A DNA stretch of 64,000 nt. Source: Acidimicrobiales bacterium. GTDB lineage: Bacteria; Actinomycetota; Acidimicrobiia; Acidimicrobiales; RAAP-2. The stretch lies in the NCBI GenBank assembly GCA_036509795.1, contig DATCEX010000008.1, positions 12,441 through 76,440 of the forward strand. The letters are read 5' to 3'. Every line of letters starts with the position of its first letter. Position 1 is the stretch's first letter. The notes beneath the pieces are model-generated. The model had not been told where the DNA came from and ran no database searches. It saw only the letters and a list, made by a program, of their open reading frames with translations. The position numbers and the translations under genes were made by a program. Positions 20,305 through 29,156 of this stretch are shown piece by piece.

Positions 20305-23300
20305 GTGTTAAGTTTTGCCTATACCGCGACACAGCGAGGTCTTTTGACCAAGAACACGCCTACCGGCAGAGACACCCGAAGCCCCCTGTTGTCATTACTG
20401 GGAAATGAGCCGATCTTTCGTTCCATGCCGATGGGCATCGTGCTTCGAGACCGCCACGGCGTGGTCATCGACTGTAACGAGCAGGCGGCGACCATTTTGG
20501 AGGTCCCGCGCGACAAGATTCTCGACGACACCTTGGCGGGGCCCCTATGGAGCATCGTACGTGAAGGTTCGACTCCGTTTCCCCTGGATGAGGAACCGTG
20601 GCAAGTGACATTACGTACGGGACGGCCGCGATCCGACGTGGTGATGGGAGTCTCCTATTCGGGGCGAAGCCATCGGTGGGTGATTAATAGTTGCGCGCGA
20701 GCGGTACTCGAAGACGAGTCAATCGGCGTCATCTCCGCCTTCTTTGACATCACCCCGTCCATCAAGAGCCGTCGCATCCTGAAACTCATCGCTGAGGCAA
20801 ATCGAATCGTCATCACTTCCAAGGACGAACACGAGTGCCTCGAGGAATTCTGCGACGCGCTGGTCAATCTCGGCGGCTACCACCTTGCCTCCATCGGACC
20901 TCGAACGGCACGTGAAGATGATCCGAATGATTTGGTGTTCACCGCTGGAACTAGCGAATTCCTCAGAGAAACGAGCTCGCAGTGGTGGGAAGTGCCTGGG
21001 GATGCTTTAAGTAGTCCCCTCCCGTCGATTTCCGAAGCGCGCGTTGTCGACGACCTCGCGAACCATTCGTGGAGTGCGACAGATCAATCGTTGGCGCGTG
21101 ACTTCGCGGTCGGCTCGTCGGCCGCGATACCCTTCGACCTCAACGGGCGCGAGTTCGTCGTTGCGGTGTACGACGAGTTCACTCACAGTTTTGACGACAC
21201 CACAGTGGTGGGACTCCAACAAATCGTCAACGAAATCGAATTCGGTCTCGTTCACATTCAATCAATCCATCACACGGAACAGACGCTGGACGAGTTGACC
21301 GTCGCCAACAACGCTCTCCAGGTCGCGGAACAGACCCTCGCCAAGTCGGAAAAGTGGTTCCGCGAACTCTTGGCAAGCTCGCGCGACCTCATCGTGGTCC
21401 TCGACGACCAAGCGCGCGTCCTCTACGCCAATCCGGCCAATGCCGCGACGAGCGGCTTCGACGAGACGACGCGGCTCGGCGGAGACGGATTTACTCACAT
21501 CCATCCCGATGACTACGAGCTCGCATTCAAAACGTTCGGTGAGACGCTCGCGCGAACTGGAGACGGCGAACCAATCGTGGTCCGGTTCCTCAAGGCCAAC
21601 GGAGAATGGCAGTTTCTCGAATGTGTCCTCGCGAACTGCATGGACGAACCCGCCATCCAGGGAATTGTCGTCAACGCGCGTGACGTCACCGAACGCATTC
21701 ACCTCACCCGAGCACTTCGAACGTTGACGAACGGTAGCCAGGTCCTCGTCAGTGCACCCGACGAGAAAACCCTGATTCAACAGACGTGTCAGACCATCGT
21801 TACCAGCGGCGATTTTGTCTTGGCGTGGGTTGGTTTCATCAACGATGACGACAACAAGGTAGTACTCGCGGGCGCCGCCGGGCGAACCGCGTACCTGGAG
21901 AACATCGACGTCACCTGGGACGAAGCGAGTACCGGGCGTGGCCCCACCGGAACGGCGATTCGTACGGGGGCGGCCCAGGTTCTAGCCGACATCCAAAAAT
22001 CCGACTGGCCTCAGGCAGGAAAGACGAGGACCGCCGAATTTGGATTCAAGACAGTGTGTTCCTTTCCCCTCAGAATTGGCAGCCGAGTAATCGGCGCCCT
22101 CACGATATTCTCCGCCGAAGAGGGTGTCTTCGCGCCAGCGGAACTTTCGCTCCTGGGCGAGTTGGCCGGCTATTTGGGCTACGGCATTGGACGTATCCGT
22201 GACGCCAAGCGTCTTGAGGGCAACGCCGAGCTGCTGCGCGAATCGGAACTTCGCTTTCGACTCGCGTTCGAGAGCAACATGGCGCCCATGGTCTTTAGCG
22301 ACGTGAACGATATTGCCCTTTCGGCGAACGACGCCTTCTGCCGTATGGTGGGATACTCCCAGGAAGAAATAGTCGGTCGAGACTCCGTTCACTTCACTTA
22401 CCCCCCCGACGTGGGAGTCACCGAACACACGATTTCGCGTCTCAACGCCAACGAAGTCGATCAGCTCCGCTATACAAAGCGCTACCTGAGAAAGGACGGT
22501 CGTCTCATTATTTCAGAGGTGTCGCGATCCGCGGCACGCGACGCCACGGGCCAGACGCTGTACTTCGTCTCGTCGGAACGCGAGGTCACCGAAGAGCGGG
22601 CTCTCGCCGAGCAGTTGACCCACCAAGCACTGCACGATCCTTTGACGGGCCTGGCCAACCGTGTGCTGTTCGAAGACCGACTCATTCAAGCTCACGCGAG
22701 GGTAGTGCGCCAAGGTGGTTTCGCGGCAGTGTTGTTACTCGACCTCGACGATTTCAGCCACGTCAATGACTCGCACGGCCACCTGGTCGGCGACCAGTTA
22801 CTCGTACAGATGGCTCGCCGCTTCCAGTCCGTCACCCGCTCGTCGGACACCCTGGGTCGTTTCGGGGGTGACGAATTTCTCTACTTGGCAGAAGGACTGG
22901 AGTCTCGGGCTGAGGCCGAGAGCGTGGCCGTGCGCCTCCTCGACGTCCTCAATAGCCCCTTCTCACTCGACGAGTTGCACTTTGAGCAACGCGCCAGCGT
23001 GGGTGTTGCCATCTGGGACGCCACCAGCGATGGTACCAAGGACTTGATCCAGAACGCGGACGTCGCCCTCTACGAGGCCAAGCACGGTGGAAAGGGTCGA
23101 TTCATGATCTTCACCCCACGAATGCACAAGGAGGCGATTGGACGATTCACCCTGGTACAAGCACTTCGCCTGGCTCTTCACGCTGGCCAACTCGCGATGC
23201 ACTATCAACCGGTGGTTGATCTGGCGTCATCGGAGATTGTCGGATTCGAAGCCCTCATGCGCTGGCCACACGTCGAACGCGGGTGGGTTCCTCCCAACGT

Positions 23301-23949
23301 CTTCATTCCCTTGGCCGAACAGAGCGAGCTCATCTTTGAACTGGGTACCTTCGCACTCAGCGAGGCCATTGCGGCGGCCGCGACGTGGCGACCGGTGCGA
23401 CCGGGAACCCCGGCGCCGTACGTCACCGTCAATCTCTCGGCTCGCCAATTCCAAGATCCGCAACTCTTTTCAAAAATCGAAGGGATCCTGAGCGCCAACA
23501 ATTTTCCGCCCGAACGACTCATTATTGAGATCACCGAGAGCGTGACTCTCTTTGACACCGCCGAAACTATGAGCATCGTGAATCAACTCAATGAACACGG
23601 CGTGGCGATCGCGCTCGACGATTTTGGTACGGGTTACTCATCGCTCTCCTATCTCGTACGCCTTCGTCCGCGATTGATCAAGATCGATCAGTATTTCGTC
23701 AGTCCCCACAGCGGTAGCTCCTACGACGACGTTCTCCTGGAAGCCATCGTCTCGCTGGGGAACAAACTCCACATGACCATGCTCGCGGAAGGTATCGAAG
23801 AGCGTGAACAGCTAGAGCGACTACGCGCGATGAACTGCCAGCTAGGCCAGGGTTACCTCTTCTCCCCCGCGGTCCCGGCCGCGGACGTACCCGCCATGAT
23901 TGAGCGAGGATTCTCACTGGACGAGTTCGCCACTACCCCCGTCTCGTAA
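20305..23949 (+). CDS. Large cytoplasmic PAS-GAF-PAS-GAF-PAS-GGDEF-EAL signalling protein
   Basis: 1214-aa ORF with a GTG start; an alternative ATG lies at 20425. It contains GRFGGDEFLY (GGDEF), FEALMRW ... DDFGTGYSS (EAL), and multiple PAS and GAF-like blocks. Confidence 0.8.
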   Translation: MLSFAYTATQRGLLTKNTPTGRDTRSPLLSLLGNEPIFRSMPMGIVLRDRHGVVIDCNEQAATILEVPRDKILDDTLAGPLWSIVREGSTPFPLDEEPWQVTLRTGRPRSDVVMGVSYSGRSHRWVINSCARAVLEDESIGVISAFFDITPSIKSRRILKLIAEANRIVITSKDEHECLEEFCDALVNLGGYHLASIGPRTAREDDPNDLVFTAGTSEFLRETSSQWWEVPGDALSSPLPSISEARVVDDLANHSWSATDQSLARDFAVGSSAAIPFDLNGREFVVAVYDEFTHSFDDTTVVGLQQIVNEIEFGLVHIQSIHHTEQTLDELTVANNALQVAEQTLAKSEKWFRELLASSRDLIVVLDDQARVLYANPANAATSGFDETTRLGGDGFTHIHPDDYELAFKTFGETLARTGDGEPIVVRFLKANGEWQFLECVLANCMDEPAIQGIVVNARDVTERIHLTRALRTLTNGSQVLVSAPDEKTLIQQTCQTIVTSGDFVLAWVGFINDDDNKVVLAGAAGRTAYLENIDVTWDEASTGRGPTGTAIRTGAAQVLADIQKSDWPQAGKTRTAEFGFKTVCSFPLRIGSRVIGALTIFSAEEGVFAPAELSLLGELAGYLGYGIGRIRDAKRLEGNAELLRESELRFRLAFESNMAPMVFSDVNDIALSANDAFCRMVGYSQEEIVGRDSVHFTYPPDVGVTEHTISRLNANEVDQLRYTKRYLRKDGRLIISEVSRSAARDATGQTLYFVSSEREVTEERALAEQLTHQALHDPLTGLANRVLFEDRLIQAHARVVRQGGFAAVLLLDLDDFSHVNDSHGHLVGDQLLVQMARRFQSVTRSSDTLGRFGGDEFLYLAEGLESRAEAESVAVRLLDVLNSPFSLDELHFEQRASVGVAIWDATSDGTKDLIQNADVALYEAKHGGKGRFMIFTPRMHKEAIGRFTLVQALRLALHAGQLAMHYQPVVDLASSEIVGFEALMRWPHVERGWVPPNVFIPLAEQSELIFELGTFALSEAIAAAATWRPVRPGTPAPYVTVNLSARQFQDPQLFSKIEGILSANNFPPERLIIEITESVTLFDTAETMSIVNQLNEHGVAIALDDFGTGYSSLSYLVRLRPRLIKIDQYFVSPHSGSSYDDVLLEAIVSLGNKLHMTMLAEGIEEREQLERLRAMNCQLGQGYLFSPAVPAADVPAMIERGFSLDEFATTPVS

Positions 23950-24064
23950 CGGTGCTCCGAGAGAACTAGCGATAACTCGCGTTCACCACAGTACGACTTC
24001 GGTTCGGTCGAACTGAGTCGCGACTCACAACGCGACATGAAGTTTGTTGCGCTCACGGTTCTCG

Positions 24065-24547
24065 TTAGAGGAGGCCATCCATCTGCGACATCGCTCCCAA
24101 CAGTCCCTCTTCCATTCCCCTCGCGAGAATTTGCGCCATGGCGTCCGACGAAGGGAACGTTGTCTCTACCGACATTCGGGTACCACCGTCGGGGAGCCGA
24201 GCGAGCAGCACTCGCATCATCATGAAGGGTTGGTCGTCGTCGGGACTGCCGTCGTCTCGCGCGAAGCCGTTTTCGAATTCCAACTGGTGCGGCTCATCAG
24301 CGACCAGCACCCGCCACCAGCCACGGGGTTGATCACCGGTGGGTCCCGTCATGAAGTACGAGGCGCGCCCTCCGCTGGTGAGATCGAGTTCGACGAAGGT
24401 CGCGGGGTAGGTGGGAGGCCCCCACCACCGCTCCAGTTGACGGGGGTCTTGCCACAATTGCCAGACTCTTTCCACGGGCGCCGTGAACTCTGCGGTCATC
24501 GTCATCGTCAGGCCGTGAAAGTCCTTGATCACATTCATCACCGTCAT
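24065..24547 (-). CDS. SRPBCC / Aha1-domain protein (paralogue of 16119..16559)
   Basis: 160 aa with AHSA1-type sequence. Its start overlaps the upstream ArsR gene stop by 4 nt. Confidence 0.7.
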   Translation of the reverse strand: MTVMNVIKDFHGLTMTMTAEFTAPVERVWQLWQDPRQLERWWGPPTYPATFVELDLTSGGRASYFMTGPTGDQPRGWWRVLVADEPHQLEFENGFARDDGSPDDDQPFMMMRVLLARLPDGGTRMSVETTFPSSDAMAQILARGMEEGLLGAMSQMDGLL

Positions 24548-24897
24548 TTTTCTTCTCCTTTATCTTCGTCGTTCGTCAGAATCTGCTCGATTCTCGTAAT
24601 GCGATCTCGCCACACCGTCTCGAACTCGTCCAGCAGCGTAACGACGCTCGCGACGACGTCCACGTTGCCCCGCACTAACTGTTCGCGCCCGTTTCGTCGC
24701 TTGGTGACGAGGCGAGCTCGTTCGAGCACCACCACGTGTTTTTGCACTGCGGCGAAACTCATCGGGTATCGCCGAGCCAGGGCCGACACCGACAATTCCG
24801 TGGCCAACGAGTGTTTTAAGATGTCGCGCCGCGTAGGGTCAGACAGCGCGTGGAACACGCCGTCGATGTGTGCGGTATCACGAGTTTCTACAACCAT
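24544..24897 (-). CDS. ArsR/SmtB-family transcriptional regulator
   Basis: HALSDPTRRDIL ... VQKHVVVLERARLV motifs. The ORF could start at 24927, but the ATG at 24897 sits at the centre of a perfect palindrome. Confidence 0.75.
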   Translation of the reverse strand: MVVETRDTAHIDGVFHALSDPTRRDILKHSLATELSVSALARRYPMSFAAVQKHVVVLERARLVTKRRNGREQLVRGNVDVVASVVTLLDEFETVWRDRITRIEQILTNDEDKGEEK

Positions 24898-24908
24898 ATG
24901 GTTGTAGA
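24887..24908. promoter_or_regulatory. Candidate ArsR operator: 22-bp perfect palindrome
   Basis: TCTACAACCATATGGTTGTAGA. The central CATATG contains the ATG (minus strand, 24897) of the ArsR gene. Confidence 0.55.
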
Positions 24909-25170
24909 TTATCCATTTCTTCGCCACTTCGCAAGTGACTTCTAGTCATTTTCGGCCACAAAAAGTATCAGCCCGTGAATAGATACCGAGACAATGACGC
25001 ACGAGTCGATGAGGAGAATTCGGACCCGAAGAAATGTTGGGGAACCGGTCGTGTCCGATCACGCGATGCCCACCAAACTGCGAAATGATCGACGAGAATT
25101 GACGTCAATAGAATTATCGTTATGAGGACGATTCTCGCGAATTGTTCTTGACGACGAGGAAGAGTCCAGC

Positions 25171-25563
25171 ATGGAGAAGATCGAGACGAAGGATGACAAG
25201 TCTCCTTCTCAACATATCGACGCAAGAATTAAAGAACTCAGTGACTGGCGCGGCGAGATGCTAAGCAGCCTACGCAGTCTTATCAAGTCCAGCGTCCCCG
25301 ACGTAGTTGAAGAATGGAAGTGGCGTGGTGTTCCCACGTGGTACTGCGACGGGATGATCTGGACCGGCGAGACGTACAAAGCGGTCGTCAAGATGACCTT
25401 CGCCAAGGGGGCGTCGCTCGAGGATCCGGCAGGTTTGTTCAACTCCAGCCTCGAGGGGAACGTTCGGCGAGCGATCGATTTTCACGAAGGTGACAAGATA
25501 AATGAGAAGGCGTTAAAGGCTCTCTTACACGCCGCCGTCGCGCTTAATCAGTCGACACCCTAA
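25171..25563 (+). CDS. DUF1801 (YdhG-like) domain protein
   Basis: 130 aa. The pattern ...EWKWRGVPTWYCDGMIWTGETYKAVVKMTFAKGASL... is typical of DUF1801. Confidence 0.55.
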   Translation: MEKIETKDDKSPSQHIDARIKELSDWRGEMLSSLRSLIKSSVPDVVEEWKWRGVPTWYCDGMIWTGETYKAVVKMTFAKGASLEDPAGLFNSSLEGNVRRAIDFHEGDKINEKALKALLHAAVALNQSTP

Positions 25564-25649
25564 GACTGGGAACTACAAACTCCACCAATCTCACCGTCGA
25601 CGATCACGCAGCATCACTGCGCCGCGTCGCAGTACTGACGATTCTGCCC

Positions 25650-25877
25650 TTACTCTTCGCCGATAGCTGCAAATTCGCGCTTGGTCCTCTTGTACCATCC
25701 CATCGCGGCGATGGGATTCTTCCATCGGCCCTTCATATCCTTCAGCGCACCGGCGTGGGACTCGTCTCCCCCGGCGACCAACTCCCTCAAGTGGCGATCC
25801 TGCGCCTTGATCACTTCGTTGGCGGTCTCGCCACGAAGTGCGTAGTCGCACGGGCCGCCCAATTGCTCGCACATCAT
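25650..25877 (-). CDS. Small DUF1059-like protein
   Basis: 75-aa version starting MMCEQLGGPCDYALRGET. The recognition is weak. Confidence 0.35.
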   Translation of the reverse strand: MMCEQLGGPCDYALRGETANEVIKAQDRHLRELVAGGDESHAGALKDMKGRWKNPIAAMGWYKRTKREFAAIGEE

Positions 25878-26003
25878 AGTCTCTATCAATCTCTTTGCCT
25901 CTCTGTCTCGTTCACTGAAATGCACGGTCGCTTTGTTGATGGAGAATATTTGGGTCCCGCGATGACGACCATCGGTGTCGTTGCGCGGTGGCCAAGGTAA
26001 TGC

Positions 26004-26405
26004 TCAGCGTCGCTCTTGGATTCGCACGAGATTGCCCGAAGGATCACGAAACGCGCAATCGCGGACCCCCCAGGGCTGAGACGCAGGTTCTTGGAGCACC
26101 TCAGCGCCGGACGCACGCACCTTCTCAAACGTGGCATCGAGATCCACACAATGAAATATTGCCGCCTGCAAGGATCCTTGTGTCACGAGGGCCAACAATG
26201 CGTCACCTTCTGACTGTGAGCGCCCGCCGTGTGGCTGGGACAACACGATGTCGACCGTTTGACCGGGCGCACCGACGGTGACCCAGCGAAAGCCCTCGGA
26301 TGCGACGTCAGCGCGAACTTCGAGGCCGAGTGCGTCACGGTAGAAGCCCAACGCGACGTCGGGTTCGTGCACTGAAATGAACATGGCGGAAAGAAAGACT
26401 GTCAT
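26004..26405 (-). CDS. VOC/glyoxalase-family protein
   Basis: Start at ATG 26405 (MTVFLSAMFISVHEPD...). It has a paired beta-alpha-beta-beta-beta glyoxalase-like sequence and lies adjacent to an AraC-type HTH gene. Confidence 0.6.
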   Translation of the reverse strand: MTVFLSAMFISVHEPDVALGFYRDALGLEVRADVASEGFRWVTVGAPGQTVDIVLSQPHGGRSQSEGDALLALVTQGSLQAAIFHCVDLDATFEKVRASGAEVLQEPASQPWGVRDCAFRDPSGNLVRIQERR

Positions 26406-26530
26406 GCGACGATCATACGAACGCGAACTCAAGAAATGTTTCTCCAATTCTGCTCGTTACGCGCCCGCAACGGTACTGATGGCGCCCCCGTCACCGCCCC
26501 CATTCGAGGAGTTGCGGTCAGCTGGTCAGT

Positions 26531-26953
26531 TCAGATCAGTACCCTGTGACGCTGCGGTCGCGTCAGGAACATGCTGACGCACGACGGCATCAACTCGAGA
26601 TCGTGATGGTCGCGCTGGCGATACTGTGACGGCGTGACGCCGACCACCTCAGTGAATCGAGAACTGAAAGAGCCGAGCGATGTGCAACCGACGGCACAAC
26701 ACGCGTCAGACACCGACATGCCCTGACGCAAATAGGCCTTCGCACGCTCGAGGCGTCGCGTCATCAGGTAGGCGTAGGGCGTCTCGCCGTAGGCCGCGCG
26801 GAACTTGCGTGCGAAGTGCGCGGGCGACATCAGAGCAGTTCGTGCCATAGACGGAACGTCGAGGGGTTGCGCGAAGTCGCGATCCATGAGATCGCGCGCC
26901 CGACGCAGACATATGAGGTCGGTCATCTCTTGAGGCGTCACATCGACGACCAT
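26531..26953 (-). CDS. AraC-family HTH protein (DNA-binding domain only)
   Basis: 140 aa with the AraC HTH signature SPAHFARKFRAAYGETPYAYLMTRRLERAKAYL ... GCTSLGSFSSRF. Confidence 0.7.
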   Translation of the reverse strand: MVVDVTPQEMTDLICLRRARDLMDRDFAQPLDVPSMARTALMSPAHFARKFRAAYGETPYAYLMTRRLERAKAYLRQGMSVSDACCAVGCTSLGSFSSRFTEVVGVTPSQYRQRDHHDLELMPSCVSMFLTRPQRHRVLI

Positions 26954-27153
26954 ACCCGACAGTCGACAGCAACGTCGAGGTGTCCGTCAGCCAACGCAAC
27001 CCCACCACCCATAATCAATTGATGACGTGACCATAGGTGATCCAACGAGAATGATAGAAAATCACTATCGTGGAAAAATGCCGGTTACGTCGGCGACGCA
27101 CCACTCACGATCGCCAGCCAGTAGCGGCCGACTGCTACGAGAGGCAATGGGAA

Positions 27154-27354
27154 CTAGATGACGCGAACGTTCTGCGCTTCTTCGCCCTTTTTGCCGGGAG
27201 CCGCGTCAAATTCAACGCGCTGGCCTTCTTCGAGGCTCTTGTAGCCGTCGCCCTGAATGTTGGAGAAATGTACGAAAACGTCATCACCTTGCTCGCGCGA
27301 GATGAAACCGAATCCCTTTTCTGCATTGAAAAACTTCACTGTTCCTTGTGCCAC
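27154..27354 (-). CDS. cspA: Cold-shock protein
   Basis: 66 aa with [15 protein letters not shown] (RNP1) and VFVHFS (RNP2). A long untranslated leader lies upstream (27355-~27600). Confidence 0.95.
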   Translation of the reverse strand: MAQGTVKFFNAEKGFGFISREQGDDVFVHFSNIQGDGYKSLEEGQRVEFDAAPGKKGEEAQNVRVI

Positions 27355-27827
27355 GGATACTCAATTCTCAAAGCGACGGATCGACCAATTCGATCCATTC
27401 GCTATCACAGACTGTACTCGCCCGCGCCGTGGGTAACCACTACCACTTCAGATGTTCTCTCCGAACCCCTAATTGGTCCGTCCACGACGTACGCCCATCC
27501 TGGTACGAGATCCTGCGCTTTGTTGCGACGGGGCTCGCTCATTCATGCGTGAGAGATCACTCGGGCGCATCGATCCGTCGCGCGCCGGACATATGAGGTC
27601 ACAATTCCCTCACATTCAGCACACTGAACCTCAGGAACGCTGAGCTTGGGGGTTGACGGCGCGCCTCGATGACCTCACTGGCACTCAAGCCCTCGACGCG
27701 GAGCGAAAGCTTGAGTCGCATCTCCTCGTGTTGCACAAAAATGCGCGGATTGGCCACATATCTTGGGACACGAGCGTGGGGAGACGACGTGGTCGAATCA
27801 TCGACAACTTGGCCGAAGCAGGGGGCC

Positions 27828-28019
27828 ACGTCGTACTTCTCTTCCATCGAAACGACCTATGGGCGATCGATCGCGAAGTGGCAAGTGATTATTGCCAACG
27901 GTGGACTGGAATAGCACATGGCAATCGTGAATTCTCTGAAGACGGAGTATGCGATGGGGCACGATCACGCCAACGCGTTGGTTGGATGGACCCTCGCAGG
28001 CAAGGTAGCGAATGACTGA
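27828..28019 (+). pseudogene. DUF4287-like gene relic with an in-frame TAG and no clear start codon
   Basis: One frame reads (T)SYFSSIETTYGRSIAKWQVIIANGGLE-TAG(27912-27914)-HMAIVNSLKTEYAMGHDHANALVGW...TGA. ACG stands where the family has its Met. The nearest in-frame start is a GTG about 13 codons upstream. Confidence 0.5.
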
Positions 28020-28082
28020 CTTCGCTGGGATTCGAAACTGAGCAACCACGAGCAGTTCCCGAGTTACGCGAATTGAGAAGTG

Positions 28083-29156
28083 TTAGGTAGTTGTCGCGGG
28101 CAGCGGCGGATTCCAGCCCACTAGTGCCGACCGTTTCGAACTGACGTAACCATTAGTGAAAAACCAGCGCGCCGAATCGTAGAGCGCCTCGGCGGCGGGA
28201 CGCGAGACGCACTTCAGTTCTTCACGCGCTCTTGAGTCATCGAAGGTCATCATCGTCGATGCCATGTGAGCGGCCTCGAGGGGCACGTGGGGTTCGCGAC
28301 GCATCAGCCTACCTTCTATAAATTGCGACGCCAGTCCCGCAGCAATTGGCAACGCCGTCGGGAAATGGCGTTGCGCGCTCGGCAGTCCCGTCACTCTCGC
28401 CAATACGCCGAGCATTTCGGACATCGTCATATTTTCGCCGCCGCAGATATAACTACGGCCTTGTCGGCCGCGTTCCAGGGCTAGCAAGTGACCTTCGGCG
28501 AGATCGTCGACATGGGCGACATTCATGGCTGTATCGACGAATCCCGGCATTCGACCGTTGAGAAAGTCGAGCACCACTTTGCCGGACGGGGTTGGTCGAT
28601 GATCGAAGGGTCCCTGGGGCATCGTTGGAAGCACCAAGACCACGGGGGCACCTTGAGCTGCCAGACGCAATACTTCGTGCTCGGCCACGTATTTCGTACG
28701 TTTGTAGTTCCCGTACAGGTGCGAGAGGTCAGCCACATCGTCCTCCGTAGCCGGGCGGCCCTTCTTGGTGGAACCGAGGCCGAGTGTCGCGACGGTCGAG
28801 GTGTACACAATGCGTTCCACCCCCGCCTCGGCGGCACCACGCACCACGTGGCGAGTTCCCTCGACGTTGACCGCGTAGAAACTCGCCGGGTCCTTGGACC
28901 AGAAATCGAACTTGGCCGCCAAGTGAAGACAAAAGCGCGCGCCGTCAAAGACGCCGGTGAGTTGCCGCTCGTCCCTGACGTCAACATCGCGTCGCTCGAT
29001 AGCGAGACCCTTGAGGTTCGAGGTCACGGCCCCCGGTTCCGTCAAGGCCAAAACGTCGACGCCGCGTCGCAGTAGTGCTCTCGTGACTGCCGAACCTACG
29101 AAACCTGACGCCCCGGTGACCACCACGCGGTCACCGGAGTGCAGCTCATGGTTCAC
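28083..29156 (-). CDS. NAD-dependent epimerase/dehydratase (extended SDR; HpnA / dihydroflavonol-reductase-like)
   Basis: 357 aa with the N-terminal motif VTGASGFVGS and a YxxxK site (YGNYKRTK). Confidence 0.7.
   Translation of the reverse strand: MNHELHSGDRVVVTGASGFVGSAVTRALLRRGVDVLALTEPGAVTSNLKGLAIERRDVDVRDERQLTGVFDGARFCLHLAAKFDFWSKDPASFYAVNVEGTRHVVRGAAEAGVERIVYTSTVATLGLGSTKKGRPATEDDVADLSHLYGNYKRTKYVAEHEVLRLAAQGAPVVLVLPTMPQGPFDHRPTPSGKVVLDFLNGRMPGFVDTAMNVAHVDDLAEGHLLALERGRQGRSYICGGENMTMSEMLGVLARVTGLPSAQRHFPTALPIAAGLASQFIEGRLMRREPHVPLEAAHMASTMMTFDDSRAREELKCVSRPAAEALYDSARWFFTNGYVSSKRSALVGWNPPLPATTT

Noticed and set aside
24044-24907. Long ORFs such as 24044-24907 (+), 34849-35910 (+), 42158-42943 (-), 48075-48821 (+), 60280-61254 (+), 6436-7086 (-) and 18410-19147 (-).
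   Set aside because: All lie antisense to, or out of frame with, genes that have clear family motifs. Their translations are Arg/Pro/Ser/Gly-rich with no motifs. This is the usual shadow-ORF effect of GC-rich DNA.
27599-28015. ORFs 27599-27847 (-) and 27653-28015 (+) in the AT-richer patch next to cspA.
   Set aside because: Neither has a recognisable family or SD. Both overlap the frame that carries the DUF4287-like relic, which explains the region better.
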